64,000 nt of DNA. Origin: Candidatus Limnocylindrales bacterium (GTDB lineage Bacteria > Moduliflexota > Moduliflexia > Moduliflexales > JAUQPW01). The notes under the pieces were generated by a model, which saw only the letters and a list, made by a program, of their open reading frames with translations, was not told the origin of the DNA and did no database searches. The position numbers were made by a program, and so were the translations under genes. Numbering within the stretch: position 1 is the first letter of the stretch; every line of letters starts with the position of its first letter. Below, in pieces: positions 1 through 9,970 of this stretch. The stretch covers positions 1-64,000 of the forward strand of contig DATMBG010000037.1 in NCBI GenBank assembly GCA_035559535.1. Direction: 5' to 3'.

Positions 1-102
1 TTTTCATTTCAGGGGATTAATAACTGGTTTAGCTATCTTGCTGGTTGAGTAGCGAAATGCATTGAATCTCCTTCGTGAGGGCAAGCTCCCTCTTTTTGCA
101 AG

Positions 103-129
103 GTGGGTCAACCGGGACGGTTGACCTAC
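103..129. repeat. GTAG-type REP-like palindrome
   Basis: GTGGGTCAACCG-GGA-CGGTTGACCTAC inverted repeat. Confidence 0.6.
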
Positions 130-245
130 TAACCGTTTTGAGCCCATCCTCCCAAATCGAAAAATGTGGGTAAAGATAAGACACAGGAGAGGGGGAGCGA
201 GGGGGTGAGGGGGCGCCTGATTGAGCAGGAGAGGATAAACTAGAC

Positions 246-1010
246 GTGGAAAGTTATTTTATTCTGGGGCTGATACTGAGCGCAGCTATTGGGTTCTCTC
301 TCGGATTGATTGGAGGAGGTGGCTCGATTATCACGGTACCTGTTCTCGTTTATGTCCTGGGTGTTGAAGCCCATCAAGCGGTTGGAATGTCCCTTGCGGT
401 TGTTGGATCAACTAGCCTTATTGGAGCCATGTTTCACTATCGGCGAGGTACCGTGGATCTAAAAACTGGAACCTTCTTTGGTGGGTCAGGAATACTGAGC
501 GCTTACTTCGGATCCCACCTGACACATTTTCTCTCTCCGGCCGTTTTACTCCTCTCATTCGCGGGGCTTATGCTTCTTATCGCAATACTCATGCTAACTA
601 GAAAACAGACCGGTGAAGGGGAAACAAACAACAAAAATAAAAGTGCTTTAAAGGCTGTAGTTACAGGTTCAGGTGTTGGATTTCTAACAGGTTTCCTCGG
701 CGTAGGTGGGGGTTTTCTTATTGTACCGGCCCTGATGCTGTTTGGTGGACTTTCAATGAGGCATGCCATAGGCACATCTCTGATGGTTATTAGCATCAAC
801 TGTGTTGCCGGATTGTTCGGACATCTCTCTTATGGGGGCTTCGACTTTTACCTGACTTTTCTGGTAACCTTGCTTGCTGCAATGGGCACCCTCCTGGGAA
901 CTGTTCTTTCCCATAGAACCTCTCCAACCTATTTAAGAAAAGGCTTTGCTGTATTTGTGATAATGGTTGCCTTCTTTTTAATCACAAAGAACTATACGGC
1001 TCTGTTTTAA
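246..1010 (+). CDS. Sulfite exporter TauE/SafE family membrane protein
   Basis: Two repeats of GLIGGGGSIITVP / GFLGVGGGFLIVP, hydrophobic throughout; GTG start after GGAGAGG. Confidence 0.9.
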   Translation: MESYFILGLILSAAIGFSLGLIGGGGSIITVPVLVYVLGVEAHQAVGMSLAVVGSTSLIGAMFHYRRGTVDLKTGTFFGGSGILSAYFGSHLTHFLSPAVLLLSFAGLMLLIAILMLTRKQTGEGETNNKNKSALKAVVTGSGVGFLTGFLGVGGGFLIVPALMLFGGLSMRHAIGTSLMVISINCVAGLFGHLSYGGFDFYLTFLVTLLAAMGTLLGTVLSHRTSPTYLRKGFAVFVIMVAFFLITKNYTALF

Positions 1011-1386
1011 ACGGCCTTTTATAAAAGGGTTTATTTCCGAGAGCAAAAATCACAAAGGAACTTTGACTTCTTTTTAGATGGATAATTTAAAGCCTCGAGG
1101 GAAGTTTCTCTTCCCTTATACTCCCTTTCTTTGTTAGAAATATAGCAGGGTTCTGAAGCCCTCGTGGGGCTGCAATAACCTACCTCCTTCCAAAATGCAG
1201 GATTGGCTCTAAACGCTTTAAACAAACAAAGCACAAATCCTTTTTTCTTGTGGAAAGATTCCTGATGTAAGGAACCTCCTTCAAGTAAGGTTTAGCCTCT
1301 CAGAAGAGAAAGCTGTAATAGCCTTGAAACAGGGCAATGGTGTGGAACTGCTCTCTTTCTAACCTCAGCTTTCCATTTTGGAGATT

Positions 1387-1402
1387 TGGTATATTACTTG
1401 CT
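1387..1402 (+). promoter_or_regulatory. sigma54 -24/-12 promoter
   Basis: TGGTATATTACTTGCT, GG-N10-GC spacing, upstream of the response regulator. Confidence 0.6.
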
Positions 1403-1466
1403 ATTTACTGATAAATAGAGGGAAAAAACAATATCACCACCCCTACAAGTCAGATGAATTAAGATT

Positions 1467-1856
1467 ATGACCAACGCACGAATTCTGATAGTCGAGGATA
1501 ACGCTATCATAGCAAGGTATCTGGGGAGTATGCTATCCAGAGCAAATTATGAAGTTGTTGGAATAGTTCCATCTGGAGAGGAGGCCATTGAAAAAGCCAT
1601 AGAAACCCATCCAGATTTAGTATTGATGGATATTACCTTAGAAGGAAAGATGGACGGCATAGAGGCAGCCGAGCACATCTATGCCCGTTTTAATATTCCA
1701 ATAATTTACATAACTTCCCTTGAAGACTCCTCTACGATCCGACGTATAAAAGCCTCCCAAGCTTTTGGATATATTTCTAAGCCAACTAAGGATACCGAAT
1801 TACTTACAGCTATTGAAATGGCTCTCCACAGGCTTAAAACTGGCACAAATTGTTAG
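1467..1856 (+). CDS. Single-domain response regulator (receiver)
   Basis: ILIVED, DLVLMD (phospho-Asp), YISKP. Confidence 0.9.
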   Translation: MTNARILIVEDNAIIARYLGSMLSRANYEVVGIVPSGEEAIEKAIETHPDLVLMDITLEGKMDGIEAAEHIYARFNIPIIYITSLEDSSTIRRIKASQAFGYISKPTKDTELLTAIEMALHRLKTGTNC

Positions 1857-1990
1857 TCAATGAGAAAACCTCAAAGTATTTTTCTCTCTATTCTTCTCCC
1901 TTAGAAGGGGAGGTAGAGGAATAAAAAGGGGAAACCAGATTTTGATACCAGGCTTGTAATCTCAATTCCATCTGTATGAGGATGTTATAT

Positions 1991-2015
1991 TAGAGCAACC
2001 CACCGGGTTGCTCTA
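1991..2015. repeat. REP-like palindrome / possible bidirectional terminator
   Basis: TAGAGCAACCC-ACC-GGGTTGCTCTA between convergent genes. Confidence 0.55.
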
Positions 2016-2136
2016 GATTCTATAGAAAAATCGTACAAAGTTGTCCTTGCGGTTATACGGTATTTCCCTGTAGAAACCTTCCTGATCCTTAGGAATACTA
2101 TCCAGAATGAAAAGCCTCTGGCTCAAACGAATTAAA

Positions 2137-2499
2137 TTACTTCGGAACACACAAACAAACAAAATTCCTTTGAGCATATTCTTTTCCATTAAAAGGGACT
2201 AAACAGTTAAAAGTATCGGTGACATTCTTCCCGGGAACATAGCCCGAAGAGTACTTTCGTCTTCCCCTTTTTGCTGCCGTAGAGACGCCACAGACAAATA
2301 ACTGAGCCGTAGCACCTGATTTACTTCCTTCAGCTCCTGCGTATACAGGATCCATCCCCTGCCTCGTACAGGTTGTATCACAGTTAGTCCCTTGAGGAGC
2401 AGGTATCCAGCTATAGTTAGCGGCCAGGATGGAATCGGTTACTATAAAAAGTCCTATTAAGAATAGGACTAGAGAATTGATTAAGATTTTTATTTTCAT
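2137..2499 (-). CDS. Secreted Cys-rich small protein, possibly DM9/DUF3421-like
   Basis: N-terminal signal peptide; 6 Cys; LFVC...VPGK...CLVPFNGKEY resembles the DM9 repeat. Confidence 0.55.
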   Translation of the reverse strand: MKIKILINSLVLFLIGLFIVTDSILAANYSWIPAPQGTNCDTTCTRQGMDPVYAGAEGSKSGATAQLFVCGVSTAAKRGRRKYSSGYVPGKNVTDTFNCLVPFNGKEYAQRNFVCLCVPK

Positions 2500-2774
2500 A
2501 GGTTGGGTTGATTTTGAAAAAGTAGAAATGAGTTTAGTCGGAAATAACTAAACTTCTTTCTACCTATCATCAGGTAATATTAGATTCCTAAACAAAATGG
2601 AGTACTCAAATTTTAATATACTTCGCAATTAATATACCACCTCTACGAGGTAGAACCTATCAGACTGATTTTCTTGGTTAGAAGAAACGTTTCTTTGATA
2701 GATTTAATCTTCTTTGATAAATAAGATCAAGTAAATTTAGTCTGAACCATAAAGTAATGGGGGAATTTGTCTTT

Positions 2775-2849
2775 TGTCTTAATTTCTGACATCCTTTGAT
2801 ATGTCTTATATAAAAAAGGTTTTTAACTTTATTGTAAGATTTTAAGACG
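2775..2849 (+). promoter_or_regulatory. Paired enhancer-like boxes (putative sigma54 activator sites)
   Basis: TGTCTTAATTTCTGACA (2775) and TGTAAGATTTTAAGACG (2833), 58 bp apart. Confidence 0.75.
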
Positions 2850-2936
2850 AACAATATCTAACGCATAAATCGCAAATAACCGGTAACAGGTTTCTAATTT
2901 CTTATTTTCGACTCTCAATCTTCGATTTTAAAGACC

Positions 2937-2951
2937 TGGTATATGGATTGC
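2937..2951 (+). promoter_or_regulatory. sigma54 -24/-12 promoter
   Basis: TGGTATATGGATTGC. Confidence 0.7.
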
Positions 2952-3029
2952 CTTAGAAAAAGATTGGAATTAAGGACTCCGAGATGAGGAGTAAAAGTAA
3001 AAATTCTTACCAAGAAAGGAAGTGATTTT

Positions 3030-3662
3030 ATGGAGGTTAATTATAAGGTCAATATCAATACCGCGGACGATAAAGAGCTTCTAAGTGTATTTAAAACTGA
3101 AGAGTTAGTCTGGGCAGTTAAATCTGGCCGTCCTTATAACAGTATTGAAGAACTTTATCGGGTAGAAGGGATTGACGAGGACCTCTTTGAGAAAATCCGA
3201 GATAGGATTATCGTGGAAGACTTCTCAGAGCAAGGTTTTATGGGGGTTGCCGATGTACGGGAAAGTGAAGAGTTGCAGGAAGGGGTTATTCCGGGATTTG
3301 ATATGGAAGAGCCGGAGGAATTTACCGGAGCTAAGGACCTAAGGATTGCGGTGGGAGAGATCAACGACGAAGAAGCCGAGATGAAGGAAATGTTCAGGAT
3401 TATAAAAGCACCTTCCGAATTGGAACGGCTGGAGGAAGAAGAAGAACTCCTAGCTGATCAAACTATAGAGGAAGAACGAGAAATAATTCCTGGCTATGAA
3501 GCTGAGACCAAGAAAATGCAAGAGGAATGGGACTCAGAGCAGAAAGAAGATAAAACCGGAGGAAACCACACTCCAGGAAGAAAATCTAAGGTTCGAGAAA
3601 AAAAGTCAGATAAAAAGCCTAAAGGATCCATTTCTAAAACTCATACAAATGATGAATCATAA
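3030..3662 (+). CDS. Helix-hairpin-helix (ComEA-like) domain protein with acidic and basic tail
   Basis: KVNINTAD...GRPYNSIEELYRVEGI...FEKIRDRI; Glu-rich middle, Lys-rich end. Confidence 0.75.
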   Translation: MEVNYKVNINTADDKELLSVFKTEELVWAVKSGRPYNSIEELYRVEGIDEDLFEKIRDRIIVEDFSEQGFMGVADVRESEELQEGVIPGFDMEEPEEFTGAKDLRIAVGEINDEEAEMKEMFRIIKAPSELERLEEEEELLADQTIEEEREIIPGYEAETKKMQEEWDSEQKEDKTGGNHTPGRKSKVREKKSDKKPKGSISKTHTNDES

Positions 3663-3715
3663 GCTGTGAATATAAACTGATTCCTGACTCATGATTTATC
3701 GTTTCATGACTCATC

Positions 3716-4660
3716 ATGTATCGATCAATTCTTGTACCACTTGATGGATCGACGTTGGCGGAACAAGCCTTACCGATAGCACGGGGTATTGTAAGCAGGA
3801 TAGGGGCAGGAGCAAAACTTCAGTTGGTGTTGGTACACGTACCCACCCCCGCCCGGTATGCTGATGGGGTACTCATTTTCGATGAAACCCTGGAAACTCA
3901 AGTCAGGGAGCATGAACATAACTACCTGAATAATGTGATAAAAAAACTAGCATTAGGTCCAGAGGTTTCTGTCACAGCGGAAGTACTAAGTGGGAGGATT
4001 GGAAAAGTTGACGAAATACTCCATGACCATATTGTAAATACAGGTGTAAACCTGGTGGTGATGGCGACTCATGGGCATGGCCCACTGGCTCGTTTCTGGC
4101 TTGGTAGTGTCACGGATAAGCTGATACGCCAATCAGTAAAACCTATTTTACTGGTGCCTGTACGGGAAAAGACAGAAGAAACGCCAGACCTCACCCGTGA
4201 AGAGATCTTTCAGCACATACTGATTCCTCTTGATGGGTCAGCTTTTTCGGAACAAATACTGGAACATGTGGTAGGACTTGGTAAACTGATGGAGGCCGAC
4301 TATACACTCTTACAGGTTGTGGAACCAGTGGTGCAGGTTGGTTATTCAATCAATGAAGAAATCATTCGACTAAACCAGATATTGCGGGAACATATCCAGA
4401 CTGAAGCCCAAAAATACCTGGATAGTGTGGCCGAACGGTTACGAGTGTGGTCCCTTCAAGTTCAGACAAGAGTCATTATCGATCGGCATCCAGCAACAGC
4501 TATTCTTGAAGAAGCAAGCAGGCAGGGAATAGATTTGATAGCTATGGAAACACACGGTCGAGGTGGTTTAACTCGACTTCTTATAGGGAGTGTAGCTGAT
4601 AAAGTATTACGGGGAACTTCTATACCGGTATTACTCCATCGTCCGCGCAGTGAGCCCTAA
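3716..4660 (+). CDS. Universal stress protein, tandem USP domains
   Basis: Two ILVPLDGS / ILIPLDGS starts and two THG...GSV motifs. Confidence 0.92.
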   Translation: MYRSILVPLDGSTLAEQALPIARGIVSRIGAGAKLQLVLVHVPTPARYADGVLIFDETLETQVREHEHNYLNNVIKKLALGPEVSVTAEVLSGRIGKVDEILHDHIVNTGVNLVVMATHGHGPLARFWLGSVTDKLIRQSVKPILLVPVREKTEETPDLTREEIFQHILIPLDGSAFSEQILEHVVGLGKLMEADYTLLQVVEPVVQVGYSINEEIIRLNQILREHIQTEAQKYLDSVAERLRVWSLQVQTRVIIDRHPATAILEEASRQGIDLIAMETHGRGGLTRLLIGSVADKVLRGTSIPVLLHRPRSEP

Positions 4661-4801
4661 AATTCTGATTTTAAAGCTATCGGAGCATGGGTTTATTTCA
4701 AAAGGGACGATCACGCAGGATTGTTCTGGGTATATTATGTCTTCTCTTTGACAGATTGATTAAGTCCTAAAACTTAGGATTTATATTAAAGGAGTGTAGC
4801 C

Positions 4802-6304
4802 ATGGCAGAAAATAACTCTACAACCCCCTCTTCTCCAAAAGAAATTAAGGAAGTTCCCTTGGGAACCCTTCCTCCTTTGAAGATGGAAAAAATCCCCCCA
4901 TTTAAAGGGATTTTTGCTTATATCGGACCAGGCATTTTATGGGCGGCTTTGGCTCAAGGTTCTGGGGAACTTATCTGGTGGCCCTACTTAACCGCTAAGT
5001 ATGGAGCTGCTTTTTTGGGTCTCCTGATCCCGGCCTCCTTACTTCAATACTGGGTTAATCTAGAAATCTGTAGATATACCGTTGCAACGGGGGAGACTCC
5101 GATGACAGGTTTTACGAGAATAAGTCGCCTGTATGCCTGGATTATGTGGGTCGGGATCTTTATTGAGAATGCGTGGCTGGGTGCCTATGCAACCGCCGGG
5201 GGCACTGCTCTGGCGGCTTTGACAGGATTTCCAGCAGGTTGGACAGCTCGGGGTCAGTCTTTATTTTGGGGTTATTTAACCATCAGTATCTATATCCTTG
5301 CAATGGTCTTGGGTCGAGTGGTCTATAATGTGATTGAGAAAATCTCGATGGTTGTTGTAGTTATTACAATGACCGGTATTGTTTTTGCCCTATTTCAACA
5401 AAAGGTCCTTGCTGTAACCTGGGATTTCTTCGCAGCTCTGATTCCCCATTTTACAATGCCCAGTAGCTTGCCAAACTGGGATCCCAAGGATCTGAATGTC
5501 TTGGTTACGAGCATTGCCTATGCAGGCGCTGGTGGTTTCGGTCAGTTGTTTATCGGCTACTGGATGCGGGATAAAGGAATCGGAATGGGAAAACTTATTG
5601 GACGTGTTACCTCGCCTATAACCGGGGAAGCTGAAACGATTCCTGCAACGGGGTATGTTTTTGCCGACACAGAGGAAAATAAACGAAATTATAAAGGCTG
5701 GGTTCATTATTTTAGTTTTGAAAATTTCATTGGGGTCTTCTTAAATCTCCTGACCACTATTATTATGTGTTGGCTCGCTTTTGCTCTCTTGTTACCGGAG
5801 GGTAAAGTCCCGAAGGGTTGGGAAATTGCAGTAGTTCAGTCGGCGTTCTTTGAGGTAGCCTGGGGTCCCATCGGTAAAGCCCTGTTCCTTATTGTTGCTG
5901 CAGCCTTCCTTTGCGATGCCTGGCTACAGAATACAGATGGTTTTTCTCGTGTTCAAGCCGATTTTTTCTACGCCAACATCCCGGGAGCTCAAAAGCTTCA
6001 TTTTCGTACCTGGTATTACATCTTTCTGGGTATCTTCAGTGTAATAACGATGACCACCATGGTTATGGCACAACCTGGCGTCTTGATCACGATTCGAGGA
6101 GTTGCTTCATTTCTGGCTATGGGTCTCTTCTGTCCTGGACTTGTCTACCTTAATTATGTGATGTTACCGAGAGTTTTCCCTCAATGGATTAAACCTCATC
6201 CTATTACACGAATTCTTATGATTCTGGCTACCTCAGCTTATATTGTCATGGGAATTATGTACCTTTATTTGAACCGGGAACAGTTGATAGGGTTGTTCAG
6301 GTAG
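4802..6304 (+). CDS. Nramp-like / APC superfamily transporter
   Basis: IGPGILWAALAQGSGELIWWP N-terminal motif, about 11 TM segments. Confidence 0.75.
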   Translation: MAENNSTTPSSPKEIKEVPLGTLPPLKMEKIPPFKGIFAYIGPGILWAALAQGSGELIWWPYLTAKYGAAFLGLLIPASLLQYWVNLEICRYTVATGETPMTGFTRISRLYAWIMWVGIFIENAWLGAYATAGGTALAALTGFPAGWTARGQSLFWGYLTISIYILAMVLGRVVYNVIEKISMVVVVITMTGIVFALFQQKVLAVTWDFFAALIPHFTMPSSLPNWDPKDLNVLVTSIAYAGAGGFGQLFIGYWMRDKGIGMGKLIGRVTSPITGEAETIPATGYVFADTEENKRNYKGWVHYFSFENFIGVFLNLLTTIIMCWLAFALLLPEGKVPKGWEIAVVQSAFFEVAWGPIGKALFLIVAAAFLCDAWLQNTDGFSRVQADFFYANIPGAQKLHFRTWYYIFLGIFSVITMTTMVMAQPGVLITIRGVASFLAMGLFCPGLVYLNYVMLPRVFPQWIKPHPITRILMILATSAYIVMGIMYLYLNREQLIGLFR

Positions 6305-6540
6305 AAATGGAAGCCATTACAGCTCTCTTAAACCTGTCGAATACCCTATCCTTCCATCTATAGATGGGGTTTATTAATATCTGGCTATATTTCAAAAAGG
6401 GACCTGACCCCTGATTTCCTTCCCACGTCGGGGAAAGGTCCTGTTAGGTTATGCGTAATAATGCAAGTGGAGATAAAACGTGCCTGAAAAGCAATAGAAA
6501 TGGTGAATAATATAAGATGTATCCATGAATCCGCTGCTAG

Positions 6541-7188
6541 CTATTTCAAGAGATGTTGCTTAAACCATTGAGCCGCCAGGCGAGCTACCTCCTCCAGGGC
6601 ACCTGGTTCTTCAAACAAATGCGTAGCACCAGGTATAATGACTAATTGTTTTTCCGTTCTCAGGTACTCATAAGCTTTCTGATTGAGCTCAATGACAAGG
6701 TCATCGCAACCTCCAACGATCAACAAGGTAGGCGCTTGAACCCGATCAAGTATGGGAATTACAAGATCAGGACGACCTCCCCGTGATACTACAGCCCCAA
6801 TTATGGGGCCTAGACTAGCAGCTGCTTGGAGAGCCGCCGCAGCCCCTGTACTGGCTCCAAAGTAGCCTATAGCAAGATCTTTTATTTGTGACTGCTCCTT
6901 TAACCAGTGGGTAATAATTTCCAGCCTCTTAGCCAGCAAGCTAATATCAAACCGTGTTTCGTAGGTCACATCTTCTTTTTCAGTTAGTAGATCAATCAGT
7001 AGAGTACCCAGCCCTTCTGCTCGCAATACTTTGGCGACAAAATTGTTTCTGGGACTATGTCGGCTACTGCCGCTACCATGGGCAAATACCACTATAGCTT
7101 GTGCCCCGGCAGGGATATCTAGCATACCTTCGAGTCCAACAGAATTTATAGGAATATAAACCAGATGCTCAAAATTGTTCCGAAACAT
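6541..7188 (-). CDS. Dienelactone hydrolase family alpha/beta hydrolase
   Basis: FAHGSGSSRHSPRN, GYFGASTG, GATHLFEE. Confidence 0.88.
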   Translation of the reverse strand: MFRNNFEHLVYIPINSVGLEGMLDIPAGAQAIVVFAHGSGSSRHSPRNNFVAKVLRAEGLGTLLIDLLTEKEDVTYETRFDISLLAKRLEIITHWLKEQSQIKDLAIGYFGASTGAAAALQAAASLGPIIGAVVSRGGRPDLVIPILDRVQAPTLLIVGGCDDLVIELNQKAYEYLRTEKQLVIIPGATHLFEEPGALEEVARLAAQWFKQHLLK

Positions 7189-7207
7189 AATTTACCTCTT
7201 GGTTATA

Positions 7208-7311
7208 TAATACCAAATCTGATGGAGAATGTCGTATTCAAAATAAGGAGGGGTGACCGATCAGTCACCCCTCAAGGGGCTATGCGGCATATTCTATCAG
7301 AATTGATATTA
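7208..7311. repeat. MITE/REP-like nested palindromic element
   Basis: Imperfect terminal IR TAATACCAAATCTGATGG...TATCAGAATTGATATTA around the central GAGGGGTGAC...GTCACCCCTC hairpin. Confidence 0.65.
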
Positions 7312-7539
7312 AATATGTCTGAAAAGTACGACCTCTTTCCATAGAGAGTATTTAGTTTCAAGTATGAAAAGTCTATCTTATCCGGAGCGGACAAGATTTA
7401 CATCGACTTATTAAATACTTTTCAGATATACTCCAATGTCATTGTTTTAGAAATACCTTCTGCAATTTTCTTTCCTTGATTTGAAGGTCCTTTGTTTCTT
7501 ACTAACGAAGAGTTTTTAAAAGTTAACTTTTCTGTAATT

Positions 7540-7613
7540 TGTCTTAATTCCTGACAACCACGAATACGTTTGTAAACAAAGATCTTTTGCCATTATTGTA
7601 GGATTTTAGGACA
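7540..7613 (+). promoter_or_regulatory. Paired enhancer-like boxes
   Basis: TGTCTTAATTCCTGACA (7540) and TGTAGGATTTTAGGACA (7597), 57 bp apart. Confidence 0.75.
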
Positions 7614-7863
7614 ATAAGATATCAGAAAGACTGAGGCCCATCTACCTGACCTCTCCTCTGTTCACTTTGAGCTCTTCGATAAGCTTGGAACAGGCTTTTA
7701 GGGGACGAATATTCCTCTGCTTATCAAGTCCTCTCTTGAGTTTATCGAAGGGGTTTAGTACAAACAGGGAATGTTTAGCTTATCCAGGATTAACTTTACA
7801 AGGTAACTAGCATGGGGATCGTACAGAAACAGCCGGGATAAATTGTTTGTAGGCTTTAAAGCT

Positions 7864-7878
7864 TGGTATATTAATTGC
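7864..7878 (+). promoter_or_regulatory. sigma54 -24/-12 promoter of the pdh operon
   Basis: TGGTATATTAATTGC. Confidence 0.7.
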
Positions 7879-7934
7879 GTTACTTCCGTAATGAGGAGTT
7901 AAGACGAAGTTGATAAACTCAGAGGGGAAATTCC

Positions 7935-8990
7935 ATGCCAGAAAAAATTTTAGAATCTTTTGAAATCCGCCGCCTGGAGATCCTGGATCCGAAAGGTGAG
8001 GTTGATGAGTCTCTAATGCCTTCCTTATCTGCCGATGAGATAAAGAAGATGTATGAACTAATGATTCTTTCCAGGACCTTTGACCAGCGTGCCATAGATC
8101 TTCAGAGGGAAGGGAGATTGGGTACCTACGCATCTATTTTGGGGCAGGAAGCGACTCAAGTGGGGAGTGCTTTCACTATCCAGAAATCCGACTGGATATT
8201 TCCGTCCTTTCGGGAAATGGGGGTTTACATGACGTTAGGTTATCCTATTCATCAGCTCTATCAGTACTGGGCGGGGGATGAAAGAGGCCTTAAGGCGCCC
8301 GAGGATCTAAACATCTTTCCTATTTGTGTTCCCATAGGAACTCAGATGCTCCATGCCGCAGGAGCTGCTATGGCTGCAAAATATAAGCGAGATCCCATAG
8401 TTGTGATAACTTACTTTGGAGATGGAGCTACTTCCGAGGGTGATTTTCACGAGGCTTTTAATATGGCTGGGGTCTTCAAACTACCGGTTGTTTTTATCTG
8501 TCAGAATAACCACTGGGCGATATCCTTGCCCAGGGAACGACAAACTGCTGCCAAAACCCTGGCTCAGAAAGCTTATGCCTACGGTTTTGAAGGCATCCAA
8601 CTGGACGGAAATGATATCTTTGCAGTTTATAAAGGGACAAAAGACGCGATAGAGAAAGCCAGACGCGGTGAAGGTCCCGTCTTTATCGAATGTGTTACCT
8701 ACCGAATGTCGAGTCATACCACGGCAGACGATGCCACAAGGTATCGATCTAAAGAAGAAGTTGAAATGTGGAAACTTAAAGACCCTATTTTGAGGTTGAA
8801 ATTATTCATGGAGAGAAAAGGACTCTGGACGGAGCCTTACCAGAAAGAGATCGAAGAGAGATCCAGGCAGATCATCGATGAAGCCGTAAGGGTTGCAGAA
8901 TCCGTAGAACCCCCCCATCCTGAGGATATGTTCACCTACACTTACGCGAAGCCTACGTTCCGACAACTCAAGCAAATGGAGGATTTCTGA
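7935..8990 (+). CDS. pdhA: Pyruvate (2-oxoacid) dehydrogenase E1 alpha
   Basis: TPP motif GDGATSEGDF...NN; YRMSSHTTADD. Confidence 0.88.
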   Translation: MPEKILESFEIRRLEILDPKGEVDESLMPSLSADEIKKMYELMILSRTFDQRAIDLQREGRLGTYASILGQEATQVGSAFTIQKSDWIFPSFREMGVYMTLGYPIHQLYQYWAGDERGLKAPEDLNIFPICVPIGTQMLHAAGAAMAAKYKRDPIVVITYFGDGATSEGDFHEAFNMAGVFKLPVVFICQNNHWAISLPRERQTAAKTLAQKAYAYGFEGIQLDGNDIFAVYKGTKDAIEKARRGEGPVFIECVTYRMSSHTTADDATRYRSKEEVEMWKLKDPILRLKLFMERKGLWTEPYQKEIEERSRQIIDEAVRVAESVEPPHPEDMFTYTYAKPTFRQLKQMEDF

Positions 8991-8991
8991 T

Positions 8992-9957
8992 ATGCCGCAG
9001 TTAAATATGGTTCAAGCCATAAATCTGGCTTTAAAAGAGGAAATGATGCGGGATCCAGATGTGGTGATATTGGGCGAGGATGTTGGAAAAAATGGCGGCG
9101 TATTCCGTGTTACCGAAGGACTTTGGGAACAATTCGGCTCGGAACGGGTGATAGATACGCCTCTTGCAGAATCCGGTATTCTGGGAATATCCATTGGTAT
9201 GGCCGCTTATGGATTAAAACCTGTTGCAGAGATCCAGTTCGTAGGATTCACCTATCCGGCCTTAGATCAGATTTTCTCACATGCCTCACGTATCCGTTCT
9301 CGTTCGAGAGGAAGATATACCTGCCCCTTAGTTATTCGAACCCCCTATGGAGGAGGTATCAAGGCTCCGGAACTCCATGAAGAGAGCCCGGAAGCCCTCT
9401 TTTGCCATATGCCGGGAATAAAGGTGGTAGTACCTTCAACCCCTTACCATGCAAAGGGGTTATTGGTTTCTTCGATACGAGATCCAGATCCTGTTCTGTT
9501 CCTGGAAGCCACCCGACTTTATCGTCTTATAAAAGAGGAGGTTCCGGAAGGGGACTATACCTTCCCCCTTGGAAAGGCAAGGATTGTTCGGGAAGGTAAA
9601 AATATCACCTTGGTTGCATGGGGAAGCATGCTTCATAAGGTTTTACAGGCTGTAGAAGGTTATGATGATGTTGAAGTGATCGATTTAATGACGCTTCATC
9701 CCTTTGATGAAGAAACTCTATTTAAATCAGCCAGAAAGACCGGAAGAGTCATCATCGTACACGAAGCTCCTAAAACTTGTGGGTTTGGTGCAGAACTATC
9801 GGCAACTTTGGCCGAGGAAGCTATGCTTTATCTAAAAGCTCCCATTCTACGGGTTACCGGTTATGATGTGGTCATGCCTTTGCCTAAGTTAGAAGATTTC
9901 TACTTGCCCACCGTACAACGGATTAGAAAGGCCATGGAAGACATCATAAAATATTAA
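8992..9957 (+). CDS. pdhB: 2-oxoacid dehydrogenase E1 beta
   Basis: GEDVGKNGGVFRVT, DTPLAE, AEIQF. Confidence 0.88.
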   Translation: MPQLNMVQAINLALKEEMMRDPDVVILGEDVGKNGGVFRVTEGLWEQFGSERVIDTPLAESGILGISIGMAAYGLKPVAEIQFVGFTYPALDQIFSHASRIRSRSRGRYTCPLVIRTPYGGGIKAPELHEESPEALFCHMPGIKVVVPSTPYHAKGLLVSSIRDPDPVLFLEATRLYRLIKEEVPEGDYTFPLGKARIVREGKNITLVAWGSMLHKVLQAVEGYDDVEVIDLMTLHPFDEETLFKSARKTGRVIIVHEAPKTCGFGAELSATLAEEAMLYLKAPILRVTGYDVVMPLPKLEDFYLPTVQRIRKAMEDIIKY

Positions 9958-9970
9958 AGGAGTGTGGAGA

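Noticed and set aside
1290-1375. GAAAGCTG...CAGCTTTC pairing upstream of the receiver gene as a riboswitch
   Set aside because: Only one short stem, it lies upstream of the predicted promoter, and it has no recognisable aptamer core.
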